Below, piece after piece: positions 63,659-64,000 of a stretch of DNA of 64,000 nt; the stretch's first letter is position 1, and each line of letters starts with the position of its first letter. This stretch comes from Candidatus Parcubacteria bacterium (GTDB lineage: Bacteria; Patescibacteriota; Minisyncoccia; Phycocordibacterales; EsbW-18), in contig JBDKFZ010000017.1 in assembly GCA_039798445.1 (NCBI GenBank), forward strand, positions 4,195 through 68,194, read 5' to 3'. The translations under genes and the position numbers were made by a program. Under the pieces are notes generated by a model. That model was not told where the DNA came from and searched no databases. It saw only the letters and a list, made by a program, of their open reading frames with translations.

Positions 63659-64000
63659 GCTTGTTTGGCTCCTAGTGTATCAGATTTGGAGTATCTGGAG
63701 ATATTAAGAATGATGCCCGAGGCAACCAAAACCATAACCAGTGAGGTGCCGCCTTGGCTCACAAAGACCAATGGATCGCCGGTCAGTGGGAATACGCCCA
63801 ACATCGAGCCGATGTTCATGAAGGATTGGGCGGTAATCATTGTGACGAATCCTATGACCGTAAGCCGGGCAAATGTGGTGGGCGCTTGTTTGGCGATACG
63901 GAATCCTCTCAGGAAGAACGAGCTGAAAAGCAAAATCAACAGCACGCTCCCAACGAAACCCCACTCTTCAGCAAATACGGCGAAGATCGAGTCTCCCACC
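63655..64000 (-). CDS. ftsW: SEDS-family peptidoglycan polymerase FtsW/RodA, C-terminal part (5' end outside window)
   Basis: IFAVFAEEWGFVGSVLLILLF...MNIGSMLGVFPLTGDPLVFVSQGGTSLV is typical of the SEDS C-terminus; overlaps the murG start by 4 nt (dcw-cluster order ftsW-murG). Confidence 0.85.
   Translation of the reverse strand, partial: VGDSIFAVFAEEWGFVGSVLLILLFSSFFLRGFRIAKQAPTTFARLTVIGFVTMITAQSFMNIGSMLGVFPLTGDPLVFVSQGGTSLVMVLVASGIILNISRYSKSDTLGAKQA

Noticed and set aside
1-64000. Alternative genetic code (UGA recoding as in SR1/Gracilibacteria) and CRISPR arrays
   Set aside because: Long ORFs, including the 1808-aa gene, are uninterrupted under the standard code and TGA is used as a genuine stop; no regularly spaced direct repeats with spacers were seen anywhere.

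Overview
Bacterial chromosomal segment of about 50% GC with densely packed housekeeping genes on both strands. The lineage is uncertain; it is possibly a Patescibacteria/CPR-like or other uncultured small-genome organism, judging from short-form DnaX and UvrC, giant surface proteins, tRNAs without encoded CCA and many leaderless-looking starts. The standard genetic code fits all long ORFs.

Recognisable housekeeping genes:
- DNA metabolism and repair: topA, dprA, dnaX, rarA, uvrB, uvrA, uvrC, recR, dnaB, and a relA/spoT HD-domain fragment at the left edge.
- Translation: serS, cysS, gltX, typA, dusB-like, rplU, rplI, rpmA.
- Cell wall and division: an FtsQ-like protein, ddl, murG, and an ftsW fragment at the right edge.
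- Other enzymes: pepF, gmk-like, ctpA, msrA, an NDH-2 type NADH dehydrogenase, a ZIP transporter and a MacAB/YknXYZ-like ABC efflux set.
- Two-component regulators: a soluble histidine kinase with an OmpR-type regulator, plus an orphan receiver domain.
- Five tRNAs: Gln, Ala, Val, Pro, Arg.

Non-housekeeping content, in the order I would look at it:
- A 0.65-kb cassette of about 70% GC between ftsQ and dus that encodes three tiny arginine-rich ORFs, each with its own Shine-Dalgarno, a terminator and a putative promoter. I could not assign them to any family.
- An 8.6-kb cell-surface locus (40.9-49.5 kb) with two paralogous WxL-like secreted proteins, a DUF916/DUF3324-like membrane-anchored protein, a Cys-rich anchored protein and an 1808-aa LamG-containing giant protein. 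This is the best candidate for an adhesion or host-contact system.
- Tandem 98/99-aa minimal VKOR-like 4-TM proteins carrying the CxxC...W..N signature, next to a two-component system, NDH-2 and DoxX.
- Several moderately higher-GC (about 58-62%) orphan genes, each with a near-consensus sigma70 promoter and its own terminator, inserted between conserved genes.
- A tRNA-Arg followed by direct and inverted partial copies of its 3' end.
- An inverted-repeat-rich 380-bp intergenic region.
- A structured uvrC-ddl spacer.

No CRISPR array, transposase or integrase was seen. Coordinates for tRNAs, promoters and terminators were read by eye and may be off by 1-2 nt.
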